Notes: generated from the sequence alone by a model not told the origin. DNA of 61,940 nucleotides, filler included, from Collodictyon triciliatum (GCA_043381765.1; 4 parts of 4 records of this genome joined end to end with filler, not necessarily neighbours in it), one strand, 5' to 3'. Shown: positions 10,985 through 35,329, counted from the first letter of the whole stretch. Numbers and translations are program-made.

Positions 10985-12730
10985 ATGATCGATGTCCTCG
11001 CATACATGGCACGCGTCGAGCAGCCTGTGCGCTCCCGCCACGCAGCGCTCTTTGCGCTCTGCCACGCGCTGATGATCGACAATGGCTTCCGCCCAGCACA
11101 CACGCCGCCGGAAGGCATGATCTTCCTTCTTCTTCCTTCTTCCTTCTTCCTTCTTCCTTCTTCCTTCTTCCTTCTTCTTCCTTCTTCCTTCTTCCTTCTT
11201 CTTCCTTCTTCCTTCTTCCTTCTTCCTTCTTCCTTCTTCTTCCTTCTTCTTTCTTCCTTCTTCCTTCTTCCTTCTTCCCTCTTCCTTCTTCCTTCTTCCT
11301 TCCTCCTTCTTCCTTCTTCCTTCTTCCTTCTTCCTTCTTCCTTGCCAACCACACCCTCCCCTTTACAGACACAGGGCGCGTGGACAAGGCGTGGTTTCCG
11401 GCGTCCGTCTACGCAGAAGCGGCGGATGCCTTCCATGCCGAGTACCGCCACCTGCACAGCGCCATGGTCTTTGATCTCAAGGGCCTGGCCATTGCCGATC
11501 GCCTCTTCCTCCACGCCGTCTCGCGCCAGGACACAAAGACCGTCTTCACCCTGGAGCTGCCTCTCGACTCCTACATCCGCCCACCCCTGCCGCCCTTCCC
11601 GCCTGCCCGCCCTGCCGACTTTGTCCGCGACGTCCCGGCCCTTGCCTCCCTTGTCACCCGCTCCCTCGCCCAGAAGCTCGTCCCGACTCCGGCTAAGGAC
11701 GGCTATGAGCCGCCCCGGAATGAGCCGCCCCGGAATGAGCCGCCCCGGAATGAGCCGCTCCGTGTTGATCCGCTTCGTGTGGATCCGCCTCACGGGTTTC
11801 GCCTCACCAGCCCATGAAAACTGTATCCAAGAAAGAATTGTAGTTAGGCATGCTTTACATCAGTGCTCATCATAAAAATCTATGTATATCTCTCTCTTCT
11901 TCTTCTTCTCTCTTCTTCTTCTTCTTCTCTCTCTCCCCCGTCAAACAGTCGGTTCGCTCAGGGAAACCCGCTGGCGCGCGGCGTCGGTGCGCACGATCTG
12001 TACCCGCCAGGCTTGGATCCGTCCGGCGCGTTCCCGATGCAAGGGTTTGATTTATTAGCTCCTGGCCGCCTGTTCTTTCCATTAGCCCCCGCCCGAAGCA
12101 CACTCTAACCTTTGTGCCTTTTTGCATCTCAGCCGCTTTACGAGCCCGCCTGACCTCGGTGGCGGAATGTATGTCGGTCCACGCCATCCAGGGTTTGGAG
12201 GCGGTTTTGGAGGCGGTTTTGGAGGCGGTTTTGGAGGCGGTTTTGGAGGCGGTTTGCCTAGGTAAGGTTTTTCAGCGCGTGATACACACCAACTATATCC
12301 CGCATCGCTTTCGCCGACACCCGGGTTTTTCCGCAGTTCCGCAGTTTCTATTTACTCTTTTTTTTTTTTTTTTGTTATTTTTTTCTCCTCCCGTTTTTCT
12401 CATTCGTCTGACCATTTCGAATCACGGACATCCCAGAGGCGTCCCGCCCGGCGCAAGGTTTGATCCACCTGGCCCGTATGGTCGGCCTCCGCCCGGGTTG
12501 TAAGAGCTCATTTTATATCGTGTTTATGCCGTGTGATGGGTTTGTTGTGAATGGGGATGAGAGGGTTGTGTGCGGGTGAGGATATTCTAAGTAAATCTGG
12601 TGGGACATTTCGTCACATGTTTTGCAGCGGACAACAACAGCAGCAGCAGCAGCAGCGACGCTTCTACGGCGACCCGGACCCGGATCACTTGGGGATGCCC
12701 GGCGATCCGCCGGATGACCTGTATATGTAG
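10985..12730 (+). CDS. PSMF1: Proteasome inhibitor PI31
   Basis: Six exons in phase. N-terminal FP-domain motif ALFALCHALMIDNGF; Pro/Gly-rich tail with GVGAHDLYPPG, GGGMYVGPRHPGF, GVPPGARFDPPGP, DPDPDHL; C-terminal HbYX-like DDLYM*. Confidence 0.92.
11121..11343. repeat. Pure polypyrimidine (CTT/CCTT) tract in PI31 intron 1
   Basis: About 220 nt containing only C and T. Confidence 0.95.
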
Positions 12731-13057
12731 ACAAGCTGCCTGTGCGATGCGATGCGATGCGATGCGATGCGTGCTGGGTGGATGGACATAGGGAACAAGA
12801 CAGAGAATGGAATAAACGAGTGGGCGGGAGAGTCAAGAAGCGTGCGCGTGTGCGGCTGCCCCTGTGTCTTTGGCCTCTGCTTTCCTAGCCTGCATGTCCC
12901 AGAGGCAGCTTTGTTGGCAAGCCAGCTCCCTGCTGGTGGCCGGTCGAGAGAGACTTCTGGAGCAGCGAATCAGGTTGACATTAAAAAGGAAAGAAAAAAA
13001 GAAAAAGGAACAGAATGGGGGAAGGGGAGGACAATCAGGGGACAAAGCGCAGGCGGG

Positions 13058-14746
13058 CTACTGAGTCTGGGGCGCAGGGACATCGCCAGCCAGGGCGGGA
13101 GAGCCGACCACAGGGTCCGCCTCGGTGGGGATGCTGATGCCGTCTTCGGCGCGCCAGGTGGTGCTGACGTGGCCGTGATACTGCATCCCGATGGTCGGCA
13201 GATCGAGCGATTGGCGGTGCTCCTCGGCCGAGCGGTGGGGCCGGCTTGAATACCCGTGCCCGTGGGCTTTGCCTTCTGTGTGTCGGCGGCGGCTGATGGA
13301 GCCGCGTATGTTGTGCTTGCTCTCGTCCGGGTGGTCTTCTTTGTTTGCCTCTTTCTTGTCTTGCTGATGCTGGTGCTCATGTTCTTGCTCATGTTCTTGC
13401 TTATCTTGCTCTTGCTTATCTTGCTCATGCTCATGTTCGTGCCCGCTCTCGGACTCGCCATCGCCCAGCTCCTTCTCCTCGTCGCTCTCCACCTCGGGAA
13501 TGCCAGACAAGTCCGGGTTCGACTCCTGCAGCAGATCCGACAGCTTGTCGATCAGGTCCTGGTTCTCGGGATCGAGGTCCAGCGCGAGGTCGTAGTACTG
13601 CACAGCCGCGTCCTCGTCCTTGTCCAGCAGCGCGATGTCGCCAAGCAGGATGTAGTCCATCGCATCGCCCTCCGGGTCCAGCTCGATGGCCCGCAGCAGA
13701 TCTGCCCGCGCCTCCTTCATCTGGTTGTTGCCGCAGTAGGCTGCAGCGCGGTTGCGGAAGGCGTACGGGTCGCCGTCCTGCAGTTGGATGGCCTTGGACA
13801 GATCCACAATGGCGGACACGTAGTCACCCTGCGCTTGTGTGGTTAGTGCTCTTGCATAGCAGTTTGTTTGTTTGTTTGTTTGTTTGTTTGTTTGTTTGTT
13901 TGTTTGTTTGTTTGTTTGTTTGTTTGTTTGTTTGTCTGTATGAATGTGTGTGAGTGATATCCCTCAGATTGATGGTCTCATTTCGCATCATTCACTTCCG
14001 CAGGTGTCCAAAATAACAACCAAAACGAAAGGAAAAACAAACAAATCAAAATCCAGAAGTGAGAGTGCAATCGCATCAATAGTCGAAGCATGTCCGTCAA
14101 ATAAGGGATCACAGCAAAGCCAGTATTCAGCACGGACGAGGGAATAATAGAAAGAACCAAAGGAGAGAGATAGAAAAAGAAGAGAGGAAAGGAGGATCAC
14201 CTTGGATCGGAACATGGCGCCGCGGTTGTTGTATGCCTTGGCGTTGTTGGGATCCACCTCGATGCGGCGGCAAAGATCGCAGATGGCGCGGTCGTAGTCG
14301 CCAACGAGATTGTAGCACAGCGCCCGGTCGTCATAGGCCTTCAGCAGGGACGGATCCAGACGCACGGCCTCGGAGAAGTCCTGGATCGCCTCCTTGAACT
14401 GGCTGCGCTCCAGAAAGATCTCTCCGCGGACAACATAGAGCAGCGGATTCTCCGGGTCGTTCTCGATGCACTTGCTCAGTGCCCGGATGCTTCCTTTCTT
14501 TTCGGCCTTGGCTGGCAGCGGGGCGGTCTGCTTTGTGGAGCCCGGGGCGGAGGCTGACTTGTCGGGCGGGGCGGAGGCTGACTTGTCGGGTGTTGCGCCT
14601 GCCTGGGCGGCGTTCTGCGGGGTGCCCAAGCTGTTGCGTGCGGGCATGTTTGGCATCGCGGCCAGAGACGGTGGAGAGGACAGGACAACCCGCTTGAAGC
14701 TTTGGTTGTGGTTCTCGACTGCAGGCGTGCTCTCGTTATTGCCCAT
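13058..14746 (-). CDS. TPR-repeat protein with a putative N-myristoylation site and an acidic/His-rich tail
   Basis: Exon 1 14746-14201 (MGNNEST...LYVVRGEIF..EAIQDFSEAVRLDP..KAYDDRA..KAYNNRG); exon 2 from ~13829 (GDYVSAIVDLSKAIQL..AFRNRA..DLLRAIELDP..YYDLALDLDP); about 6 TPRs. The 3' end may contain a further intron. Confidence 0.88.
13862..13934. repeat. (GTTT)n microsatellite, intronic
   Basis: Seen directly. Confidence 0.95.
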
Positions 14747-15859
14747 CCCGCCTCTTGTTGCCTCGCTCCTCCCTTCGGTTTTTTCTTTCCTTTTTCTTTT
14801 TTCGTGGTAGTGGGCGGATATGCTGGTTACTGTCTTGGTCGTTTTCTCCTTTCTTTTTCTTTTCTTTTTTTTTTCATTTTTCTTTTCTTTTCTTTTCTTT
14901 TCTTTTCTTTTCTTTCGGCCATACCGCTTTGCTGGTGGCGGCGGCTGTTGCTGTTGGCCTGGCTGAGCACTGGGATAGGTTTTTGCCTTGTCACTGATCA
15001 CGCTCAGTCTTCTGACTTTTTTCCGTGGGTGTTGGCCAGAAGAGGAAAAAGTGTGATTTTGATGGCAAACGGCTGCAGACAAGGGCGCAAGGCGGCTAAA
15101 AAGAAGAAAAACAAGAAAAAAGAAAAAGAAAGAAAAAAGAAAAATAGGAAAAAAGGAAAAAGAAAAAAAGAAAAAAAGAAAAAAGAAAAAAGGCTAAAAA
15201 AGAAGAAAAACAAGAAAAAAAGAAAAAAAGAAAAAAAGAAAAAAAGAAAAAAAGAAAAAAAGAAAAATAGAAAAAAAGAAAAAAGAAAAATAAAGAAAAA
15301 AGAAAATAATAGATTAAGAAAAAGAATAAAATTAGAAAAAGAAGAGAAAAAGAAGGGAAGAAAAATATATTAAGAAAAGAAAAAGAAAAGAAAAGGAAAA
15401 GAAATAGATTTGGTGGAGCGATAGCAGCAGAGAAAACAGGGAGGCTGTGTTTAGTAAATCGCAGACACGACAACTTTTCCGCCAAAGAATGCACGTCGCG
15501 TCGCAACTCACGTTAAAAAAATTATTGGAAAGTAAGGACAATGAAGAATGAAAGAAAGAAAGGTGGATGCCCAAAATCGATGATTGGGCGCACCGAAAAA
15601 AAAAAGGAAGAAAAAATCAAAAAAAAATCAAAAAAAATCAAAAAATCAAAAGAGAGACAAGCAGATATATATGGAGTTCATCGAGGAGAAAGAAAGAGGG
15701 AAAGGGAGAAAGAAAAAAAAGAGGAACAGACAAACAGCACGATATATGACGATTGGCCCACGGAAATATTCCAACGGTTTTTTTTTCTTGAGAGAAAGAA
15801 GGATATCACCGCGTCGCAAATCCCATCTTCTTCTTGCCTTTGATTCTGCTTGGGCTCTG

Positions 15860-16732
15860 TTACGAATGCCTTGTGCTTTCCCTGGCCAACTCGGCGAACT
15901 CGGCCTCCAACGCGCGGACTTTTGCATTTGCCGAGCGCAGCATGTCGCTGAGGGCCACTATTTCGCTCTGGTCCTGCTCAATCCTGCGAGACTTTTCGGC
16001 CAGGGCGCGGCCACTGTCGCTCTTGAGCCGCTCGATTTCACGCTCCAAGTCCTTCTCGCGCCTTCTGGCGTCCTTCTCAGCCGCCTCGGCCTTGACAACG
16101 TCCTGTGCGCGCTGCCTTCGCTCTGTCTCGGCCAGTCGTGCAATCTCAGCCGCATGAATCCGCTGCAGCTCGCTGCGCTCCGCCTCGTGTGCTTTCAGCG
16201 TCTTGCGCAGCTCGTCCCGCAGCGCCCGGCTTTCCTCCCGCGCCTTCTCGGCCTCTCGCTCGGAATGAAGCAGCCGCTCGCGCAGGTGCGCAAACTCCGT
16301 CTCGTGGAGCCGGGCATGATCAATCCCGAGCGCAGAGCCCGTCCCAGAAGCATGCGAGTCGCACGAAGGCGTTGGCGAAGGCGATCGCGGCGTGCCTGCG
16401 CTGATGCTGCCGGGATTAGCCGAAGCCGCAGTCGGGCTGCGCCGAACCATTGTCCAGAGTCGCCCTTTGGCATCCGGCTTGGCCCGCCCCGAGTGAGCCG
16501 ACTCCAAAGAACGCGAATGCTGCTCGAGCCGCGCACACTTCTCCTGCGCCTGCTGAAGCTGCTGCCGCGTCTGGCGATGCTGCACCTCCTCTTGCTGCAG
16601 ATGGTGCTTCAGGAGGCGGATCTCCTTGGCGAGTGCGCTGACGTCTGCGGCTGGCTCGGCCTCGTGGCGGCGGGCGCTGTGCAGAGGCCGCGGGCTTGTC
16701 ACCCCGTTGGTCCGTGGGCTTGTCACGCTCAT
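15860..16732 (-). CDS. Hypothetical coiled-coil protein (290 aa)
   Basis: Long GC-rich ORF between A/T-rich flanks; E/R/A/K/L heptad composition (ETEFAHLRERLLHSEREAEKAREE...). Confidence 0.75.
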   Translation of the reverse strand: MSVTSPRTNGVTSPRPLHSARRHEAEPAADVSALAKEIRLLKHHLQQEEVQHRQTRQQLQQAQEKCARLEQHSRSLESAHSGRAKPDAKGRLWTMVRRSPTAASANPGSISAGTPRSPSPTPSCDSHASGTGSALGIDHARLHETEFAHLRERLLHSEREAEKAREESRALRDELRKTLKAHEAERSELQRIHAAEIARLAETERRQRAQDVVKAEAAEKDARRREKDLEREIERLKSDSGRALAEKSRRIEQDQSEIVALSDMLRSANAKVRALEAEFAELARESTRHS

Positions 16733-16842
16733 TCGCTCCTGCTAAAGCGATTCTCTTTGACTCTGTTTTCTTTCCTTCTTTTTTTTTGATTGATTTGTTT
16801 GTCTTTATTTTTTTTTATTTTTTTTTGATCTGATCAGCAAAC

Positions 16843-19203
16843 ATGACTCTGCACAGAGCTCACGCGGCTTGTACTCTAACAACCACCAAAAAGAAGCACA
16901 CAAGGATGGAAGGCCGCCCGACTGTCCCAGCTATGCTGCCGCCGCGTCCTGCTCGGCGAGGCTCGCCAGTATCGACGCTGCCTCTGAACGAAGTCAACTT
17001 CTCGATCGAAGGCCACCACGCACCCAACGAGTCGCGGCCGGGTCGGCGCTCCTCCGTCCTCATCGACGAGTCCTTCCTTCGCGCAAGGCAGCGGCGAATG
17101 TCCATCCAGGCAAAGGCACACGCGGCTTCGTCCAACTCAACGCCAAACAACAACCAGAAGGACAACCCTTCCGCTGCAAAGGCCGATATGAACTCCTCTG
17201 CAACAGACGCCGACGCTTCATCGGATCTCTCCGAGGCTGAAAAGGACTTGACCGACGAGCAGCGCGAAAAGATGCGCTACAAGTCAAAGTCACAGCGTGG
17301 CATCCACCACTCCAGCTCGCGCGACTCGCCGCCCTTGTATCAACCTGCAAAGGCCAATCCTGCTTCCCTCACGCTCGCACATTCACAAGCACAAAGTTTG
17401 GGCGAACCTCCAAATGATTCGGCCCCGTCTACCGCTCGCGCACAATCCCAGCGAAACGCAGAAACACCAGGGACGCCAAAATCGGTCGGAACGTCGCGCT
17501 CGCATCCCAACACAGCTCGAATGGCTAATTCTCGAAGATCGTCATTGCGAGACTCTCACCATTTGACAAAGTCGGTCGTTTTGCCATCTTCATGTTTTCT
17601 TTCCCTACCTTGGGATATTGCTCTTATTCACGGAGGGAAATATTATTTGGAAGATAGAGGGCGTTTGCACGCACTGCTGCCACCAGTTTATATTTTTTTT
17701 TCAGTTTTTTTTCTTTTAAAAAAAATCATTTAATTTATTCAACAAGTCCATGCCTTTTCTGCAGACTTGGACACACCGGTTCAGCATCATCGAAGCGTTC
17801 GTCAAAGCCGCCATCTCCAATCGGGTCGTTCAAGCCTTCTCCTTTGAATGCGACAGGCCAATTTGTGGCGGACCGTTTTGACAGCGGAGATGAAAGCGAT
17901 GTTGATGAAACCGATCCTATGTCAGTTGTGAAAGAATCATCATCATCAAAAACAGGTTTTGTTTGCTTGCTTGCTTGCCTGCCTGCCTGCTTCCCATTCT
18001 TTTCATCTATTATGTGCATTAAGATCACATTTGCAGGGTGATTTCATAGTTTGCAATCATGCCATCTTTCATGCCTTCAATTTTGATGACCATAAAATAT
18101 CTATATATCCTCTCAAAAGCACCAGAATCGAAGGAAGTCAAGGAAGAGGAGAGGAACAGCAACATGTTTCGTCTGTGTGATGAGATTTACGAGGGAATGT
18201 CGACTATGGAGGCTATGAGTGCAGAATTGTTGAATTTTAAGGTTAGTCAACGCATATTTGTCCTCTCTTTTTCCCATTTTCCCATATTTTTTTTTTGGTT
18301 TTGAAGTAAAAAAAAAAAAGGATAATAATTTGATAAATAAAATCGCTCTGAAACACTAGTTTGTAGCCAGGATTCGCATCCTCAAGAATACCTAATCGAT
18401 TTTCTCTTGGATAGGACGAACTGCTAAAATTCGACTTGCCGGCCAACCTCCTTGTCCGATTCACAGTCTACCTCTCTAGACTCAATAGATGGTTCCAATT
18501 TTATCCACAAGGCCATCATACATATAAATTGAAGATATCGAATGTATAGATTTGCTCCATGTGCTTTCCAGTCGCTTTTATATGAAATGTTCACATTCTT
18601 TCTTTCAATATTAGATGTCCATGTTTTGTCATGCATCAATTTCCTTCCCTTTTTCTTCTTCTTTTCTGGTACTTTGTATCAAATCTTTTTTTTTCTTTTT
18701 ATTTTATGTTGTTTGTTTACCTTGCCACGAATATAGCAAATCAGAGACATTTTCACCAGTCCTGAGGCTTATCGAGAGCATCCGTCTGTTTGCTGCTCCT
18801 CTGGAAAAGCGCGAACTCGAATGGCAAGTAATGAAGCAGGAAGTCCAGAGGTATTAATACCCTAAAAAAAAAATTCATATTGATGCCTCAGGATCGATTC
18901 ATATCTCTTAGTAAATGAGGTCTTAAAGTTGTATCGTAAATTTACCACAAAAAAAAAAAAAAAATCACGCAAGGCGGTCAAAGGAGTTGGAAATAGCGAT
19001 TAGGCGACTAGAGATTGCCGATGCAAGAGTAAGGCGTCACAGTCTATCTTACCTTCTCCTTTTTTTCTTTGTCTTTTTCTTTTTCTTTTTCTTTTTCTTT
19101 TTCNNNNNNNNNNNNNNNNNNNNNNNNNNNNNNNNNNNNNNNNNNNNNNNNNNNNNNNNNNNNNNNNNNNNNNNNNNNNNNNNNNNNNNNNNNNNNNNNN
19201 NNN

Positions 19204-19282
<79 letters not shown>

Positions 19283-22200
19283 GTTCACACATTCACATTT
19301 TTTTCTGCCTGCATTATTTCCACGGCTGGTTGAATTATATTAACACTGTCGTACACAAAATTAGATTACCCGCCTGAGCAAAAAATCGAAAGGATGGAAC
19401 TTCATTGATTTCATAAATTATGCTAAGGTCAAATCCCCGCTCTCTCGCTCATTCTCTGTCATTTTCTCTGTTTGTGCTACCTTTTAGTTGTAGTTATATT
19501 GACCGACATTATTTCTTGCTGTTTGGTCTTTTTCATCAACGCCTCTTCATAATCTTATGAACTTTCAGAATGAGTCACTCAGTTGAGTTTTCACGATTTT
19601 TTTTAACTCAGAGAATCAGCGACCGCACCAATAAAATTGATGTCCTACTGGAATATATTACACTTTTGAAAGAGAAGGTCTCATTCTGCCCCTTTCAAAG
19701 GGGGTATTCTCACACATTTGAAAGTGCCTGTTGCCCAATACCTCACATCTGCATTCATCGCAAGTCAACTACGATCTCAAGCATTTTGTCTGTAGATTCG
19801 GCAACTGCAAGCGGAGCGTCTCCACTGGATGAAAAAGCGCGCAATAGAGGCTCTGACCAGGGCTAGACATGCAACTGAAAAGTAAAAACACACGCTTTTG
19901 TTTATTCACATCGCTAATAACTTGGCGCAAATCGTGCTTACCTGTCCACAAGCCACGCCTTGCTTTCATCTATTTATTGCTATTACATCCAGGTTCTCTT
20001 TGAGAGTTAAATACTAATACTCGCACACTTAAACACACAAAAGGAGCGCAAATTCCCATCGCGATAAATCGGACGAATCTGCAACTACCGCAAAGACAAA
20101 CACAATTACCCTTCCTTTCAAGAATGCCCATTCCAAGAAGGAGGACAGCTTGGCCAAGCCAAACCCCGCCCAGACGACCACATCCCAAGAGCCTGCAAGC
20201 AACCACGACAACCATACAAATCCGCCAACAAGCACCCAGCCCCATGCGAAGGCATCTGCGAGCCAGAGTCAGGCATCGAGAGACGAGGCCAACCAACCCG
20301 CAGCCCAGCCAGCCTTAGGGGAAAAGGAGGACAGACACAGGGCCCCTCCAATGCAGAGCCATCCAACCCTGTCCCATGGAGCAAGCACAGCACCAGCGAC
20401 ACACGCATCCACTGCGCAACAGAGTCCCCCCTCAGGTGCAGGAACGCGGGCTCATTCGCAACACCAATACCACTCTGAATCGCCAAACAAACCGAATGCA
20501 CGACCCCAATCGTACGTCCAGCGTGCGGTCTCAGAGATGGCCAATGGCAAACCCACCAGTCCCCCCGAGTCATCCGTCCGGTCGCACGCGAATACAGGTG
20601 GCCAGGACACTCATTCCTTGCATTCGTACGAATCCCCGTCCCCTAACGGTGACAGCTTGACAAGAGACGTTTGTCTTGCTTTATCCTAACATATCGTTTG
20701 TGATGTGCTGGATGTACCTCTTCTTCTTCTCATCTGTTTTTCACACTCTTCCTATGTCATGGCATTCGATAGATATTTGATGGAAACCGACTATCTTTCT
20801 CTAGGCCTCGCCGCAGATGGCCAGAGAGCGCCGACTCGTCCGTGATGAGGCCACTAGCACATCCACGCCCGACCTTGCATCGCTGCTCAACCGCACCAAA
20901 GCACAGGCTGCACTGGCCAGTCTCGGAATCGAGGACAAGTCTGCTGGGTATCTTCGGTCCATTCAGACCATCGCGCTCGAGTTTCGGTCGATCGCAGAGT
21001 CCAATTCGAACTTTATCGCGCAGGTGTCTCCTGATACTATAGCTGCATCTGAGGAACGCCGCTCTGTGTTCATGAAATATTGCTGCATAATGACATTTTC
21101 ACTCCCTCTTCTCTTCTCTCTCATGAATTCTGAAATATGATCGGAATCTTCAGATGTCTGATTTTGCCGAAGCTGCAACAGTTCCTGCAATTACGGAAAG
21201 CACAGCGCCGGCAAGGACACCCAGGCAATCTGCTGTTCGAACCAACCGCGCGGGGTTAGACTTTTCTAATATCTTTTCTTTTCTTTTTTTCTTCTTCTTC
21301 GTATTCCTATCCTCCCTATTACAGAAAATACCCGATGACCAAACATCATAGTTGCTCCTCTTACTTATCACAGTTTATTTTTTGACTCACTTTTTTTTAA
21401 TGTATGCGTTACACATCGATTGCTATCATCGTTTCCTTGCCGTGTGTGCCTCTATCTCTTACAGACCCAAACGTTCCAGACACAGGAAAAAGTCTGCTAC
21501 AGAGGAAAACTCCATCGCATCGGTGACTGACCTGTTAATTGCATCCCGCAAGCAGCAGCTGCTGGACAGAGGGGATGACACGCGCTCCAGCACGCCGGCA
21601 TCTCTCATCTCCACCATCGAGGTTCTGCACTTTCTCTCCATTTTCTATCTATCTATCATCTCGCAAGCCACAACACCCACTTGCTCACCTCCCACCGCCA
21701 CAGTCATCCCACAGCAACGCAATATCGCTGCAAAAGACCGCCGTGGGCACAGCCACCCGCGATATCGGCATCTCCTGTGACCTACTTCCTCAAAGGCTCG
21801 TGCAGGCAACAATGCAACCTGCCCCGCACGCGCAATACGACGCTTCGCCTCCTCCACCGCCGCCGCCTCCTCTCCATCAGTCACCCCCACACAAACAACA
21901 CACCTCCTCGCCTCCTTCCTCACCATCCACAGCCACAGCCACAGCCACAGCCACAGCCACAGCCACAGCCACAGCCACAGACGAGCCCCCTGGCCCTGAG
22001 CAGGCTGCCCTGGCCGACGACGTGTCGCCGCCCATCAAAGGTGTGCGGGGGAAGACGCAGACGGCCCTGCAGCGACAGCACATGCTCGGCACCGCAGACC
22101 AGCGAGGCCACACGGCGGCAGCGTCCTCTGCCCCGCCCAACGTCGTCCCCATCGCCGCGCCGCCCACGCTCAAGTCTCTGCCTTCGTCCATAGTCTTCGA

Positions 22201-23650
22201 CCCCCGCGCAGACTTCTCGGCGCTGCCTGGCGCGGACTCTGTGGCTGTGCAACCGGACTCGCCTGGGCAGACGGAGCACCCGCAGAGGCCGCGACCGGCG
22301 CAGGTCATCAGCATCCCGTCTGTGCCGCTCACATGGAAGGAGCAAACATCGCCCCTGCATCCACACCCGCAGAACTCGCAGAATCCGTATCCACACCCGT
22401 CCGCAAACGCAATCGCAAACACAAACACAAACACACACACAGACGCGAACGAGCCGCCTGCACGTCCAAACTCCGCCTCCTCGCCGGACCACGGAGCCGC
22501 GCTGCATCCGTACTACGCTGATCCGTCCCACGCAACGGCCGGCTTTGCCTCGTACACTGCGTCCACGCCGCGTCTGTTCACGGAGGAGGATGTCCTGGCC
22601 ATCATCACCACCCTCAAGGCCGAGATGGACCGCATCCGGGCTGAGTGTGAGGCCAAGGTCTCGGACACCCGGCGCCTGCTTTCGGCGTCCAAGGGCGGCC
22701 GAAGGCATAAGGACTATGCGGTTAGCTCCCCACTCCTCCTCATTCTTTTTTTATTTTTCTTGCCAGCCGGTCCCTTCATACCTTTTTGTTCCTTGGTACT
22801 TTGACTTGTCCGTATCGCATGCCCATGAAAAGAAATGCGCGGCTGGCCGAGTCAGAGACGGCGATGCGCTTAGCCGTAAGTAATGCTTGATACCCAGGAG
22901 CCTAACCAAGAAATGAAATCCTGCGACACTCAGCCTCCGCCGGGTTCTGTTCGCATGTTTGATGGCATCATGGAGAATTCTGGGTGGAAGTCACGGCGAA
23001 CAGACGCAGTAGCCGCCGACGAATCGGAGCAGCGCGAGAGGCACGGACGACATCCACGCACGAAAGCGCAACGCGGGACGCGCAGCTGTGCGGTTATTCA
23101 TCATCTCTTGTTTTCCTTCTCTTTCTTGTTTTTCTTTTTACCCACTCCAAATCCTACTCCGATATGCTTCGCGTGTGCGTTGTGATTGCGCCTCCGAGCC
23201 ACTTCCAGCGGCCGTGTCCCTAACGCCTGTCTGGTTTTGCAGCGAGCAACTCCCCGTCGGAACTGACGCACACGGCGCCACCTGCGACCCACCGGGCGTC
23301 TGCGTCTGTGAGTCTCGCCCCGGAAACCGCAGTCTGCCTCCCCGCAATCTTCCTGCCCACGCCGCACCGATACGACCCGCGGGCCCACCAGTACTGGCAC
23401 CCTCTCGGTTGGTTCCTGTTCATGCGCCCCTTTTGCCTTGGCCAGCCTCTCGCCCGCGCTGTGCGCAGAAACACGCGGCGCAAAGGCAGCCCCACCCGCA
23501 CTTATCCACCCGCCTCTCTGCCTTCCTGTTCCTCTGTCGCGCCACCCCAAAGAAGATGAAGAAAACCCGGTGGTGGTTGCGTTTGAGGACAGAGAGTCAG
23601 AGAGAGTCAGCGAGGAACGGAGAGTGCTTGCATCCGTGACTTTCTACTGA
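16843..23650 (+). CDS. Large multi-exon hypothetical protein (disordered ends, central helical/coiled-coil core); start may be ATG 16906
   Basis: Series of same-strand GT-AG exons (e.g. 17765-17955, ~18120-18241, 18415-~18491, 18737-~18850, 19612-19677, 20817-21023, ~21700-22720, to TGA 23650). Core NMFRLCDEIYEGMSTMEAM..LPANLLVRF..PVLRLIESIRLFAAPLEKRE..LEIAIRRLE. Not every junction was verified; could be more than one gene. Confidence 0.55.
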
Positions 23651-23974
23651 CAAAAACACACGCACCAAACACGCAGGCTCGTCAGATGCCCGGGTGACGC
23701 AGCCGCCAGCAATATTCGAGCTGCCGAAGCCGCAGACCACCGTGCGGGTGGTGGATATGTCGTCCATGGCGCGGGATTCGCCACGCGTCCAGACAGCCCG
23801 CTTCTGACCCGCCCACCCGCCTCTTTCCGGCGCCTCCTCCTCGGGCCGTCTCCGCCGTGCAGTCGCCCGCACCTCCTGGCCCGCTCTCCTGCCCGCCTGT
23901 CGGTAGTGTACAGATAAAGCCGCATTAAGGAACTGGGAGATGCCGCCAGGGATTCTGCAGCTGCACAGCCGCGT

Positions 23975-35092
<11,118 letters not shown>

Positions 35093-35186
35093 CTACAGTA
35101 TAGTTATTCGAATTTAGAGCGCATGACAAACCCTGTTGGGAATAATAACTGAGGTTGTTTTGTGCATACTAGTGGACCAGGGAGTT

Positions 35187-35187
<1 letters not shown>

Positions 35188-35260
<73 letters not shown>

Positions 35261-35296
35261 AATCATAATCATAATCATAATCATAATAGCAATACC

Positions 35297-35329
<33 letters not shown>

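Noticed and set aside
10546..11793. 415-aa minus-strand ORF and other long antisense ORFs (13256-13953, 15584-16789, 21920-22708)
   Set aside because: Shadow frames of GC-rich exons and repeats; the recognisable proteins are on the opposite strand.
8630..12730. HECT ligase next to PI31 as a ubiquitin-proteasome gene cluster
   Set aside because: Two genes in a compact genome; no evidence beyond adjacency.
15807..15870. Possible 24-nt GC-AG intron extending the coiled-coil protein to ...IKGKKKMGFATR*
   Set aside because: Much shorter than other introns here and lacking a pyrimidine tract; the unspliced stop is simpler.
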